From positions 434,001-498,000 of the forward strand of contig CM060734.1 in NCBI GenBank assembly GCA_030704615.1: DNA of 64,000 bases. Direction: 5' to 3'. The position numbers and the translations under genes were made by a program. The first letter of the stretch is position 1. Each line of letters opens with the position of its first letter. Shown piece by piece: positions 1-13,400 of this stretch. A model generated the notes under the pieces. That model worked only from the letters and a program-made list of their open reading frames with translations, had not been told where the DNA came from and did not search any database. Source of the stretch: Takakia lepidozioides. Its lineage: Eukaryota > Plantae > Bryophyta.

Positions 1-1
1 G

Positions 2-2463
2 TATTTCAGCCGGATCGATCTGCACTCCGGCTATCATCAAATTTGAGTGGCGGAAGGAGATGAGGAAAAGACCGCGTGCAGGACAAGGTATGGTTCATAT
101 GAGTTCTTGGTGATGCCTTTTGGACTCACCAACGCTCCCGCGACCTTTAGCACGCTGATGAACAGCCTTTTCCAGGAGTGGTTGGATGACTTTGTGATCG
201 TGTACATTGACGACATCTTGGTGTATTCAAAAACAAAGGAGGAGCACCTGGAGCACCTCAAAAGGGTGTTCCAGAAATTGCAGGAAGGGAAGTTGTATGC
301 CAAAGCTTCAAAGTGCAAATTTGGGGTCACAAAAGTGGAGTTCCTGGGGCATGTGATTACACAGGATGGGATCAGAATGGATGACAGGAAGGTGAGGGCA
401 ATCTTGGACTGGGAGCCTCCGACTTCGGTCCCGGGAGTGCGATCCTTCCTAGGACTCGCCTCCTATTACCGGAAGTATGTGAGAAATTTCGCCAAGATCG
501 CGGGGCCGCTGTCAGACCTTCTGTGTAAAGTCTGGGCATGGAACACCTTTTGTGGCCAAGCTTTTGCTGAATTGAAGCAGCGGATGGCGGAAGCTCCAGT
601 CTTGAAAATCCCGGAGTTCGATCGTCCGTTCGAGATTCATACAGATGCATCGGACTTCGCGATTGGGGGTGTACTGATGCAAGATGGACGTCCAGTGGCT
701 TATGAAAGTAAGAAACTGAATGAAGTGGAGCGACGGTGGCCGACGCACGAGAAAGAGATGAAGGCGGTGGTGCACTGTCTTGAGTTTTGGCGCCACTATG
801 TTGGTTCCAACCCAGTGAAGGTGTTCACGGACAATGTCACGGTGAAGTATTTTGCCACGCAGCCCAAGTTGTCCCCAAAACAACTTAGGTGGCAAGATAC
901 TTTGGCGGTGTTCGACGTGGATATCCAGTACAAACCGGGACGGGACAACGTGGTGGCCGATGCTTTAAGTAGAAAGCAACAGCTCTTGTTGGTGTACAGG
1001 GGCGAGACGACGCTCCAAAGGAAGATCCGGAAGGCTTGTCGGAAGGATGAGCTGGCGAAGTCCGTGATGCAGGACTTGAGGATGGGGGTTAAATCGCAGT
1101 TCCACTTGCAAAATGGACTGCTTCGATATAAGCAAAAGCGTCTCTACGTGCCGAAGGGAGGGATCAGAGATAGCCTCTTGAGAGAATGCCATGATAGCCC
1201 GCTTGCGGGCCACGGCAGAGCCAAGCGCACTGCGGCACTCTTGAAGAAAGAGTATTTCTGGCCCAAACTGAGGGAGGAGGCAGAGGAGTATGTCAAGACA
1301 TGCACCACATGCCAACAAAACCGGAGCGAGTACAAAAAGCAAGCGGGGTTGTTACAACCCTTGCCGATTCCAGAGGGGACTTGGGAAAGCGTCTCGATGG
1401 ATTTCATGACTGCTTTGCCGCTGTCAAAAGGATTCGATGCAATCATGGTAGTGGTGGATAGGTTCAGTAAAATGGGCCATTTCATCCCCACCAAGGAGAC
1501 AGCAACGGCGCAAGAAACAGGGCGATTTTACTTCGTCCACGTCTTAAAGCATCATGGAGTCCCGAAGGATATTGTCTCGGACCGCGATTCAAAGTTTACG
1601 AGTAAATTTTGGAGGGCACTTTGGAAGAAGATGGGGATGAGGCTGAAGATGAGCACCACCTTCCGACCTACGACCGACGGCCAAACGGAAAGAGTGAATT
1701 CCGTAGTGAAGCAGATCTTGCGGAATTACGTGTCGGCAGACCAACAGACTGGGTGGAACACTTAGACGCGACAGAGTTCTATTATAATAACACAGAACAC
1801 TCCGCAACGGGAGTTTCCCCTTTCGTATTGGTCTATGGAAAAGCACCTCTGGTGCCGACAAGTTGGGCCGCCCAGGACGTTGAGGAACCGGCAGTAGCGG
1901 CGGTACTGGAAAAACGCGAGCGTTTGTTGAAGCTCGCAAAGTACAACATTGCCAAAGCTAGGAAACGGTATTAAAGGCAGGCGAATCGGAAGCAGAGGGA
2001 AGTGAAGTTTGAGGCAGGCACAAAAGTCTGGTTGAACATCAAGAATTTCCGACTACCTCCGGAAGTGAGTCCAAAGTTCGTACCTCCGTATGCGGGACCC
2101 TTTTGCATCCGGAAGGTTATGAATGAGGATGTGTATGAATTGGAGCTGCCGGCAAACAACAAGGTGCATCCAGTATTCCACGTCTCCCTTTTGAAGCCTT
2201 ACTTCAAAGATGAAGCGCGTCCAAATCGGCATCAAGTGTTGCGTCCGCCACCTGTGCTGTTGGATCATGAAAATGAACCTGAGTACGAGGTGGAGGCAGT
2301 ACTTAAGTCGAGGAGGTTCAAGAACCGAGAAACGGTGTATCTCGTCAAATGGAAGGGCTATCATCATGTGGAGGCATCTTGGGTGCGTGCCTCAGAAATG
2401 GGAAACGCATCCGAGGCGGTTGCAGTTTTCGAAGGGCGACCTCAAAAGCGGAAGAAGCGTTGA
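2..2463 (+). pseudogene. pol: Disrupted pol: RT, RNase H, integrase, GPY/F motif and C-terminal chromodomain
   Basis: [14 protein letters not shown] and YIDDILVYS; [17 protein letters not shown]...VADALSR; INT HHCC (HDSPLAGH...CTTCQ) and DDE (SMDF, SDRD, QTERVN); YAGPF; chromodomain EYEVEAVL...YLVKWKGY...SW. In-frame stops at 44-46 (TGA where HQIR is expected) and 1972-1974; frameshift near 1750. Confidence 0.95.
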
Positions 2464-2479
2464 TGGGGACATCAACCTT

Positions 2480-2497
2480 GGAGCGTGGGGGAGGAAA
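2480..2497 (+). promoter_or_regulatory. Polypurine tract of the chromovirus
   Basis: ggagcgtgggggaggaaa just after the pol stop and directly before TG at 2498. Confidence 0.75.
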
Positions 2498-3590
2498 TGC
2501 ATGCTTAGCCCGGCTTAGCTAGCTTAGGAATCCGATTGCAAAAACTTGTATTGTACAAAAATTTGTTATAAAGGAAAGGGGTTCCAAATGTTGTGCGTCA
2601 TATTTTGTTTGGAATGGTGATGCATGGTGTGGTTGGCTAGTGTGTAGAATGCATGCTAGCTTACAAAAGTGGGAGAGGTAAATTGGGTTAATCGTGTGTT
2701 TGCGCAGTGCCGAAATCGGGTGACTCTCATCCAAGGGGCAAGGAAACTTGCGCCTTCTTTAGGAGTTCACGTGCTAGTGCGCACCTGGCTAGTGCGCATA
2801 CTATAACTGCGCTACCGAGGGGGTTGCTTTGTAGTGCGGGCTAACGCGGAAGCTACATGCTTCCGTTCACGTACTATAATCGTGTAGCCTCGGGACGAAG
2901 TCGTAGTGCGGCTTCGGCGTGTTCCCGTACCTCAGGCCAGCATTCCAAGGCGGACCCAATTGTAGTGATTGGGACGCGCGGTTGGTTCAAGGTTATCTTC
3001 CTAGTCAAAGAGGGTTCGAGGTGAACCCTTGCTCAAGGTGGTGCCAAAAGCCGCATCATGAGCGGTCGCAAGCAATGTTGTTGCAGTAAGGCGATTCGAT
3101 CCTCGGGGAGGATCGTTCCTTGGCCTTGAAGTAGGCCAAGAAGAGTGCACCGGGAGGAGCTTGAGAGGCTCCACCCTTGGCCAGGACTTGGAGGAAGTCG
3201 GCCGAACTAGCTAGTGGAGAGTAGAGTCAAGTGTGGGGTTTGGTTCCTTGCCATGGGACGCCATGGTACGGAAACAAACTCCTTGATGTGGGACGCCACA
3301 ACTTGGATGTTCGTTTCCACAAAATGGACAAGCCGATGAGGACATCGACTCCCTGTTGGTAGGGGTGTGTGTTGCGGCCCTTTGCCTTGAGGGCAGGGGG
3401 GTCGGGACACAAGAGGGGCTGCCCCTGTGGTGGGGGCAGTGGCAGCGATAGGTATGGGGGGGCTGAAGCACCCTTGAGTGCCCAAGGCACTCAAGGAGGC
3501 GGAGGCGCTCACTAGGTGGAGCCCTGCACACCGGGTTGCGGTGGGGGTGGCTCCACAAGGGGTGGTGGTAGCTTAGCGGGACTCGCCACA
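2498..3590 (+). repeat. Putative 3' LTR of the chromovirus
   Basis: Starts TG after the PPT, is non-coding, and ends ...CGCCACA where the inverted-repeat segment begins. The end cannot be confirmed. Confidence 0.55.
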
Positions 3591-3769
3591 GGGAAATTGC
3601 AGGTACTGCCGCCATTGCGCACCCCAAGAGAGGAAGAAGGTATTGAATCTTGCCAGAACACCTAAATGCCTTAATGGCGCAGCTCCATAGCATTCAAGGG
3701 CGCCTGAATCGAGCTCCATGCGCCCCCCGCCACCATCTCTCAGCTCCAGCCAACCCTTGAGCACGATCG
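3587..3769 (+). repeat. Left arm of a ~180-bp inverted repeat (partner 5303-5485)
   Basis: cacagggaaattgcaggtactgcc...ttgagcacgatcg is the near-exact reverse complement of 5303-5485; ORFs 3573(-) and 5248(+) translate to the same peptide. Confidence 0.93.
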
Positions 3770-4325
3770 CCATGACCATGGTGTGGAGCAAGCAAGTCCT
3801 TCATAAGGTAAGATCTTCCCCAGCAAAAATATGTTGGCTAATTGGGCATGGAGAGTAAGGCATCCTTGAAGGTACCTGAGATAAGCATAGAACATCTATA
3901 GGGCTTCTGAATGCTGAAATTTTGAGCTAGGCCTTGGAAAGACAGTTTGCTGGAGTAGACGTGTACACCTTATACATGATCCGGTCAATGCACATTACCC
4001 TTGTTTGCCGGTCCCCTGTAGCCGATGCCTTATGTCAGATTTAGATACCTTGTGATAAGAATGAGTTCCATTTCTTTGGCTCAAATGTTTCTATGCCTCC
4101 TGGTTATGGCTTTGCTCTTTATAGCACCATAAAAATATACCCAATTCTGATATGCTGTTGGTAGAGGTTTCCTCTGAATCCAAGGTGGTAAACCCCTGCC
4201 AGACTTCATTACCTAAGTCCTAATACCTACCCCCTTTGGTTTTGTACACATGTTTTACCCAAAACAAGGGGTGGGTAAACACTAAAAGTCTGATATAAGA
4301 TTCTTTCCTGATTGTTACTTTATGA
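3770..4325 (+). repeat. Diverged partial monomer of the 1946-bp macrosatellite
   Basis: catgaccatggtgtggagc...gttactttatgac matches the array monomer with many substitutions. Confidence 0.9.
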
Positions 4326-4710
4326 CCTTGGGAATTGAGGGTTCTTTCATTGGCATCTTCTTCCGGTCACCAGAGCTTATATATAAACTAAAAGGTAAAA
4401 CTCTACATTTTGATGCATGTGTTGATGTACCTTCGTTTGTCACAACTTGCCAACTTGGAACATGCCAATGGCAGAAAATTCATTAACTAAACCTGCCCCC
4501 ATTGGTTTTGTACACATGTGGTACCCAAAAACATGGGCTAGGTAAACACTAAAGGGTTGATAAAAGTTTATTTCCTGTTTGTTGCTTCATGAATTTCGGA
4601 GTTAAGGTCCCTTCATTGGCCTCATCTTTCCATTACCAGAGCTTATGTGTAGCTAAAAGGTAAAACTCTACATTCTGATGTAAGTGTTGATGTACCTTTG
4701 CTTGTCACGG
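4226..4710 (+). repeat. Degenerate direct duplication (~4226-4443 vs ~4492-4709)
   Basis: Both copies contain ttggttttgtacacatg...taaacactaaa...accagagcttat...ctaaaaggtaaaactctacatt...gttgatgtacctt. Confidence 0.8.
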
Positions 4711-5302
4711 CTTGTTTTGTTTTTTGACCTTGGAGAGTTGAGATTGTAGGCATGTTTATTTCTATGGTTCCTTTGTAACCAAAAGTAAAAGCTACAAAGA
4801 AGAGGGGGTCATTTATGTGATGGGGTCTGGTATGCACTCCCTTACGGGGTGAGTGCATACCACACTCACTCCATAAGGAGCTGCCATACCAGGGGATGGT
4901 TGGTGGGTTCCCTCTCTCTCCCTCTCTCTCCCTCCCTCCATGGATTTGGCTGGTTCTTTTAAAACTTGATAGTTTAAGACCAGTGGTATGTTACCTAACC
5001 CCTAATTAACCTTATTGGAATTTGGTTAATTTCGGTTATTTACATTACCCGGATTTTTGGTCTAAGGTGGGGACCCTAATGGAGCCATCCTATTGTTTAA
5101 ATTTTTCATCCATAAATGGATGTCATCCTCGGAGGATGACACAGATGAAAAATCGAGAGACAATTTCATCCAACGCGGATGAAATCACGATAGATTTCAT
5201 CCTGCGCAGTAGAGTTCATCCCGTGTGATGGATTTCATGCCGAATGGATGAAATCGCGGGAAATCGCGCTTCATCTCTTCCCTGCCCTAACCCTCTGCAC
5301 GA

Positions 5303-5485
5303 CGATCGTGCTCAAGGGATGGCTGGAGTTGAGAGATGGTGGCGGGGGGCGCATGGAGCTCGATTCAGGCGCCCTTGAATGCTATGGAGCTGCATCATTA
5401 AGGCATTTAGGTGTTCTGGCAAGATTCAATACCTTCTTCCTCTCTTGGGGTGCGCAATGGCGGCAGTACCTGCAATTTCCCTGTG
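5303..5485 (-). repeat. Right arm of the ~180-bp inverted repeat
   Basis: Reverse complement of 3587-3769. Confidence 0.93.
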
Positions 5486-6198
5486 ACGGTTGTCTCTAAT
5501 GCTTGGCGGGCAATCTACCTGTGCTGTGGTTGCTTGCTGTGACCTTCATTGATCATTAAGATACAAGCGGCGATCTTAAGGCCTCAGGGAAGTGTCTGAA
5601 CTCTTTAAGTTTGGGCGATTCACTCTCTTTGTGCATGCTTTGTACATTTTGTTGTGTATTCTTGTTTGCTGGTCTTGAGAGCTATGGCGCAGGGGGTGGC
5701 ATAGGACTCACCCTAGGGTGGAGACCTCGTGGTGGAGTCGTGGGGAGTCTTGGGACTCATCACGGTCCATAGGGGCCATGGTGAGTGGGCCAAGACTCAC
5801 CGCGACTCATCACCGGGAGTCGAGGGTGTTCGTGGTGGTTCGCCATAAAATGGCATGGTTGTTTGTGAAACCCCCGCGGACAGCTACAGAAGTATATATA
5901 GGGAGTAGTAACCCCGAGAACGGTGCAAGCCCGTTGGTGACCAAAAACTAGTGAGTAAGCGAGCGAGCCGGAAAGCGACCAAAAAGTGGGAGCTGTTCCG
6001 GACTGCCAACTACCAAAGGGAATTCCGCTGGTTCTAAACCGTTGGAGGGTTCTTTGGGAGATCAAAGGGGGACCGTTATGCCCCCGTGAGCAGCCAGAGC
6101 TCCAAGTTGGCCCGGCGGCCAGGTTGGAAGTTAGGCGCGCGCATCAAGCGAGTAACTATGACTTGAGGGGGGAGCTTACCGAAGTGAGGTGCGCGACA
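5482..6198. mobile_element. Probable solo LTR (orientation uncertain)
   Basis: TGTGACG...CGCGACA termini (TG..CA, imperfect IR), TATATATA at ~5893, sharp junction with satellite at 6199; no matching TSD (TTCCC vs CTTAC). Confidence 0.5.
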
Positions 6199-7404
6199 CT
6201 TACTCTCCATGCCCAATTAGCCAACATATTTTTGCTGGAGAAGATCTTACCTTATGAAGGACTTGCTTGCTCCACACCATGGTCATGGCGGGAGAGGAGG
6301 CTGATATCTCATGGCTTTGGCCTTCCCATTGCCTTGGGTTCATCACTTCAATCAGGAACATATTTGATAACCTTTTGTCATGCTCAGACCAAGGTGTTAG
6401 TAACCAAACATAAAACTGAAACAGAAGGGAGATTGGTTGATAATGTGTACAAGAACCACCAAGTACACTGGTCTAGATCAGAGAGGGAAGATACTTATGT
6501 CTTGTCGAGACATGGACAAAGACCTGACAAGGTCATTGTAAAATTAACGACAAATCAGCCTCATAACAAGGCATTATCAACCATTCTTCATTCACAAGTC
6601 AGCTTTATGACAAATCCCAAAAATCCCAGACTTCAAAGTCAATGAAGTCTCTGGGTGGGGGGGTGGGAACAATTAGAGACTCGATTACCACTGTTCATAG
6701 CAGGAAACCATTGCTCAGCATGCTAAAAAGTGCCATTCATGACATGCCATGGCATTCAGTTTGTATTTTTTGGTCAGCTTACATACCAAGGCATAACCAA
6801 CCATCCTAATTTATTGTTGGCCCAAAAACTGTATAGTTTTGGGTTCTTTGTATCACTGGACTACAAAGTGACTGAGCAGTAAGTATCCATGTCCCAATCA
6901 AGATCCATGATCACTGTTCATGGCTGGAAATGTCTGTTGTCATAAAGAAGCCATTTGATCATAGAAGGCTTAAAATCAAAATATGAGCATTTCTTTACAT
7001 AAAGAACATCACCCAGCAGGGTTACGGACTGATATTTGGCAGCTTATACAACAGGGTATAATCAGCTGCCCTATTTTGCACATCAAGTCAGTTATTGACA
7101 CCATGTTTTTTGCCCCATGATCTGTTTTAGATCTGGGGCTGGTGTGTAATTTCAATGACAGGGTAGAGTAATATTCCCACCTCTTATTCCATGCCCCAAG
7201 ACCAAGTTCTATGTCCGGGTAGGGAAATCATTACCATAACAGGTGTAATCAGATTTACATGCCATGCAATCATCCATAGGAACACCAAAGAATCTGAATT
7301 GCTCATCCCATCAGGACTGCAGGTTACTTTGGTATATTTATCCTAAGCAACTGATACAATGGCTGAATCATTCTCTTCACATCTGCCACTGTCTTACCAT
7401 TTTT
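6199..7404 (-). repeat. Inverted, diverged partial macrosatellite monomer (left flank)
   Basis: Reverse complement of the monomer; orientation switches at 7404/7405 (ccattttt|aacccaagg). Confidence 0.93.
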
Positions 7405-10400
7405 AACCCAAGGCAATGGGAAGGCCAAAGCCATGAGATATCAGCCTCCTCTCCCGCCATGACCATGGTGTGGAGCACGCAAGTCCTTCATAAGGTAAGA
7501 TCTTCTCCAGCAAAAATATGTTGGCTAATTGGTCATGGAGAGTAAGGCATCCTTGAAGGTACCTGAAGAAAGCATAGAACATCTATAGGGCTTCTGAATG
7601 CTGAAATTTGAGCTAGGCCTTGGTAAGACAGCTTGCTGGAGTAGACGTGTACACCTTATACATGATCCGGTCACATGCACATTACTCTTGTTTGCCGGTC
7701 CCCTGTAGCCGATGCCTTATGTCAGAAGATACCTCATGATAAGAATGAGTTCCATTTCTTTGGCTCAAATGTTTCCATGTTTCTCCTGGTTATGGCTTTG
7801 CTCTTTATAGCACCATAAAAAAAATACCCAATTATGATGTGCTGCTGGTAGATGTTTTGTCTGAATATAACCAGGCGGTAAACCCCTGCCAGACTTCATC
7901 ACCTAAGTCCCAATACCTGCCCCTTTGGTTTTGTACACCCAAAACAAGGGGTGGGTAAACACTAAAAGTCTGATATAAGATTTCCCGATTGTTACTTTAT
8001 GACAATCATTAGGGCGACTATCTCTTGTTCCCTATGGCATACTGATGTGACAATGGAGCAACGATATGACAAGCTGATGGCTTTAAAGAGATCTGGTAAC
8101 ATGCTACAATGTAGGCAGACCTGTTTTCATGACCAGACAGTGTTCTTGAATGTACAAGCATTGGAAACTTAGCCTCTTTTAGAAGCTGGTTACTTTAGGA
8201 CACTTGATACCATGCCAAACTGATATGGATGGATCTTTCGTGGCCAAATCCGGTCCTTGGTTATATGCCCTCGAATGTTTACCTATTTTCCAAAACGGTA
8301 AGACATTGGTAGATGTGAAGAGAATGATTCGGGCATTGTATTCAAGTTGCTTTAGGATAAATAGTACCAAAGTAACCTGCAGGCCCGATGGGATGAGCAA
8401 TTCAGATTCTTTGTGTTTCCTATGGATGATTGCATGGCATGTAAATCTGATTACAGCCTGTATGGTAATGATTTCCCTACCCCAGACATAGAACTTGGTC
8501 TTGGGGCATGGAATAAGAGGGTGGGAATATTACTCTACCCTACCATTGAAATTACACACCAGCCCCAGATCTAAAACAGATCATGGGGCAAAAAACATGG
8601 TGTCAATAAGTGACTTGATGTGCGAAATAGGGCAGCTGATTACACCCCGTTGTATAAGCTGCCAAATATTCAGTCCGTAACCCTGCTTTGGTGATGTTCT
8701 CTATGTAAAGAAATGCTCTTATTTTGTTCTTACGCCTTCTACGATCATAAATGGCTTCTTTAAGACCAACAGACATTTCCAGCCATGAACAGTGATCAAT
8801 GGATCTTTATTTGGACATGGATACTTACTGCTCAGTCACTTTGGTATGTCCAATGATACAAAGAACCCAAAACTATACTAGTTCTTGGGCCAACAATAAA
8901 TTAGGATGGTTGGTTATGCCTTGGTATGTAAGCTGACCAAAAAAATACAGACCGAATGACATGGCATGTCATGAATGGCACTTTTTAGCATGCTGAACAA
9001 CGGTTTCCTGCTATGAACAGTGGTAATTGAGTCTCTCATTTTTCCCACCCAGAGACTTCATTGACTTTGAAGTCTGGGATTTGTCATAAAGCTGACTTGT
9101 GAATGAAGAATGGTTGATAATGAGGCTGATTCGTCGTTAATTTTACAATGACCTTGTCAGGTCTTTGTCCATGTCTCGACGAGACATAAGTATCTTCCCT
9201 CTCTGATTTAGACCAGTGTACTTGGTGGTTCTTGTACACATTATCAACCAATCTCCCTTCTGTTTTCAGTTTTATGTTTGATTTACTAACACCTTGGTCT
9301 GAGCATGACAAAAGGTTATCAATATATGTTCCTGATCGAAGTGATGAACCCAAGGCAATGGGAAGGCCAAAGCCATGAGATATCAGCCTCCTCTCCCGCC
9401 ATGACCATGGTGTGGAGCAAGCAAGTCCTTCATAAGGTAAGATCTTCTCCAGCAGCAAAAAATATGTTGGCTAATTGGTCATGGAGAGTAAGGCATCCTT
9501 GAAGGTACCTGAGATAAGCATAGAACATCTATAGGGCTTCTGAATGCTGAAATTTTGAGCTAGGCCTTGGTAAGACAGCTTGCTGGAGTGGAGTAGACGT
9601 GTACACCTTATACATGATCCGGTCAATGCACATTACTCTTGTTTGCCGGTCCCCTGTAGCCGATGCCTTATGTCAGATTTAGATACCTCATGATAAGAAT
9701 GAGTTCCATTTCTTTGGCTCAAATGTTTCCATGTTTCTCCTGGTTATGGCTTTGCTCTTTATAGCACCATAAAAAAAATACCCAATTATGATGTGCTGCT
9801 GGTAGATGTTTTGTCTGAATATAACCAGGCGGTAAACCCCTGCCAGACTTCATCACCTAAGTCCCAATACCTGCCCCCTTTGGTTTTGTACACCCAAAAC
9901 AAGGGGTGGGTAAACACTAAAAGTCTGATATAAGATTTCCCGATTGTTACTTTATGACAATCATTAGGGCGACTATCTCTTGTTCCCTATGGCATACTGA
10001 TGTGACAATGGAGCAACGATATGACAAGCTGATGGCTTTAAAGAGATCTGGTAACATGCTACAATGTAGGGCAGACCTGTTTTCATGACCAGACAGTGTT
10101 CTTGAATGTACAAGCATTGGAAACTTAGCCTCTTTTAGAAGCTGGTTACTTTAGGACACTTGATACCATGCCAAACTGATATGGATGGATCTTTCGTGGC
10201 CAAATCCGGTCCTTGGTTATATGCCCTCGAATGTTTACCTATTTTCCAAAACGGTAAGACATTGGTAGATGTGAAGAGAATGATTCGGGCATTGTATTCA
10301 AGTTGCTTTAGGATAAATAGTACCAAAGTAACCTGCAGGCCCGATGGGATGAGCAATTCAGATTCTTTGTGTTTCCTATGGATGATTGCATGGCATGTAA

Positions 10401-13400
10401 ATCTGATTACAGCCTGTTATGGTAATGATTTCCCTACCCCAGACATAGAACTTGGTCTTGGGGCATGGAATAAGAGGTGGGAATATTACTCTACCCTACC
10501 ATTGAAATTACACACCAGCCCCAGATCTAAAACAGATCATGGGGCAAAAAACATGGTGTCAATAAGTGACTTGATGTGCGAAATAGGGCAGCTGATTACA
10601 CCCCGTTGTATAAGCTGCCAAATATTCAGTCCGTAACCCTGCTTTGGTGATGTTCTCTATGTAAAGAAATGCTCTTATTTTGTTCTTACGCCTTCTACGA
10701 TATCATAAATGGCTTCTTTAAGACCAACAGACATTTCCAGCCATGAACAGTGATCAATGGATCTTTATTTGGACATGGATACTTACTGCTCAGTCACTTT
10801 GGTATGTCCAATGATACAAAGAACCCAAAACTATACTAGTTCTTGGGCCAACAATAAATTAGGATGGTTGGTTATGCCTTGGTATGTAAGCTGACCAAAA
10901 AATACAGACCGAATGACATGGCATGTCATGAATGGCACTTTTTAGCATGCTGAACAACGGTTTCCTGCTATGAACAGTGGTAATTGAGTCTCTAATTTTT
11001 CCCACCCAGAGACTTCATTGACTTTGAAGTCTGGGATTTGTCATAAAGCTGACTTGTGAATGAAGAATGGTTGATAATGAGGCTGATTCGTCGTTAATTT
11101 TACAATGACCTTGTCAGGTCTTTGTCCATGTCTCGACGAGACATAAGTATCTTCCCTCTCTGATTTAGACCAGTGTACTTGGTGGTTCTTGTACACATTA
11201 TCAACCAATCTCCCTTCTGTTTTCAGTTTTATGTTTGATTTACTAACACCTTGGTCTGAGCATGACAAAAGGTTATCAATATATGTTCCTGATCGAAGTG
11301 ATGAACCCAAGGCAATGGGAAGGCCAAAGCCATGAGATATCAGCCTCCTCTCCCGCCATGACCATGGTGTGGAGCAAGCAAGTCCTTCATAAGGTAAGAT
11401 CTTCTCCAGCAAAAATATGTTGGCTAATTGGTCATGGAGAGTAAGGCATCCTTGAAGGTACCTGAGATAAGCATAGAACATCTATAGGGCTTCTGAATGC
11501 TGAAATTTTGAGCTAGGCCTTGGTAAGACAGCTTGCTGGAGTAGAGACGTGTACACCTTATACATGATCCGGTCAATGCACATTACTCTTGTTTGCCGGT
11601 CCCCTGTAGCCGATGCCTTATGTCAGATTTAGATACCTCATGATAAGAATGAGTTCCATTTCTTTGGCTCAAATGTTTCCATGTTTCTCCTGGTTATGGC
11701 TTTGCTCTTTATAGCACCATAAAAAAAATACCCAATTATGATGTGCTGCTGGTAGATGTTTTGTCTGAATATAACCAGGCGGTAAACCCCTGCCAGACTT
11801 CATCACCTAAGTCCCAATACCTGCCCCCTTTGGTTTTGTACACCCAAAACAAGGGGTGGGTAAACACTAAAAGTCTGATATAAGATTTCCCGATTGTTAC
11901 TTTATGACAATCATTAGGGCGACTATCTCTTGTTCCCTATGGCATACTGATGTGACAATGGAGCAACGATATGACAAGCTGATGGCTTTAAAGAGATCTG
12001 GTAACATGCTACAATGTAGGGCAGACCTGTTTTCATGACCAGACAGTGTTCTTGAATGTACAAGCATTGGAAACTTAGCCTCTTTTAGAAGCTGGTTACT
12101 TTAGGACACTTGATACCATGCCAAACTGATATGGATGGATCTTTCGTGGCCAAATCCGGTCCTTGGTTTATATGCCCTCGAATGTTTACCTATTTTCCAA
12201 AACGGTAAGACATTGGTAGATGTGAAGAGAATGATTCGGGCATTGTATTCAAGTTGCTTTTAGGATAAATAGTACCAAAGTAACCTGCAGGCCCGATGGG
12301 ATGAGCAATTCAGATTCTTTGTGTTTCCTATGGATGATTGCATGGCATGTAAATCTGATTACAGCCTGTTATGGTAATGATTTCCCTACCCCAGACATAG
12401 AACTTGGTCTTGGGGCATGGAATAAGAGGTGGGAATATTACTCTACCCTACCATTGAAATTACACACCAGCCCCAGATCTAAAACAGATCATGGGGCAAA
12501 AAACATGGTGTCAATAAGTGACTTGATGTGCGAAATAGGGCGCAGCTGATTACACCCCGTTGTATAAGCTGCCAAATATCAGTCCGTAACCCTGCTTTGG
12601 TGATGTTCTCTATGTAAAGAAATGCTCTTATTTTGTTCTTACGCCTTCTACGATCATAAATGGCTTCTTTAAGACCAACAGACATTTCCAGCCATGAACA
12701 GTGATCAATGGATCTTTATTTGGACATGGATACTTACTGCTCAGTCACTTTGGTATGTCCAATGATACAAAGAACCCAAAACTATACTAGTTCTTGGGCC
12801 AACAATAAATTAGGATGGTTGGTTATGCCTTGGTATGTAAGCTGACCAAAAAATACAGACCGAATGACATGGCATGTCATGAATGGCACTTTTTAGCATG
12901 CTGAACAACGGTTTCCTGCTATGAACAGTGGTAATTGAGTCTCTAATTTTCCCACCCAGAGCTTCATTGACTTTGAAGTCTGGGATTTGTCATAAAGCTG
13001 ACTTGTGAATGAAGAATGGTTGATAATGAGGCTGATTTCGTCGTTAATTTTACAATGACCTTGTCAGGTCTTTGTCCATGTCTCGACGAGACATAAGTAT
13101 CTTCCCTCTCTGATTTAGACCAGTGTACTTGGTGGTTCTTGTACACATTATCAACCAATCTCCCTTCTGTTTTCAGTTTTATGTTTGATTTACTAACACC
13201 TTGGTCTGAGCATGACAAAAGGTTATCAATATATGTTCCTGATCGAAGTGATGAACCCAAGGCAATGGGAAGGCCAAAGCCATGAGATATCAGCCTCCTC
13301 TCCGCCATGACCATGGTGTGGAGCAAGCAAGTCCTTCATAGGTGGTAAGATCTTCTCCAGCAAAAATATGTTGGCTAATTGGTCATGGAGAGTAAGGCAT

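Larger units (their letters stand above)
1..3590 (+). mobile_element. Ty3/Gypsy chromovirus LTR retrotransposon (Galadriel/Tcn1-like), 3' part; 5' end lies outside the window
   Basis: pol order RT-RH-INT-chromodomain, then a purine tract and a TG-starting LTR-like region. The right boundary (CA at 3589-3590) is inferred because no second LTR is in view. Confidence 0.85.

Noticed and set aside
8815-8840. U1 snRNA-like start (ATACTTAC), or 5S/tRNA genes in the monomer
   Set aside because: Similarity stops after 8 nt; no other conserved RNA-gene features seen
8860-8895. Helitron 3' end (hairpin plus CTAG) as the origin of the array
   Set aside because: The CTAG lies inside the hairpin, there is no CTAG|TC head-to-tail junction, and array boundaries do not fall there
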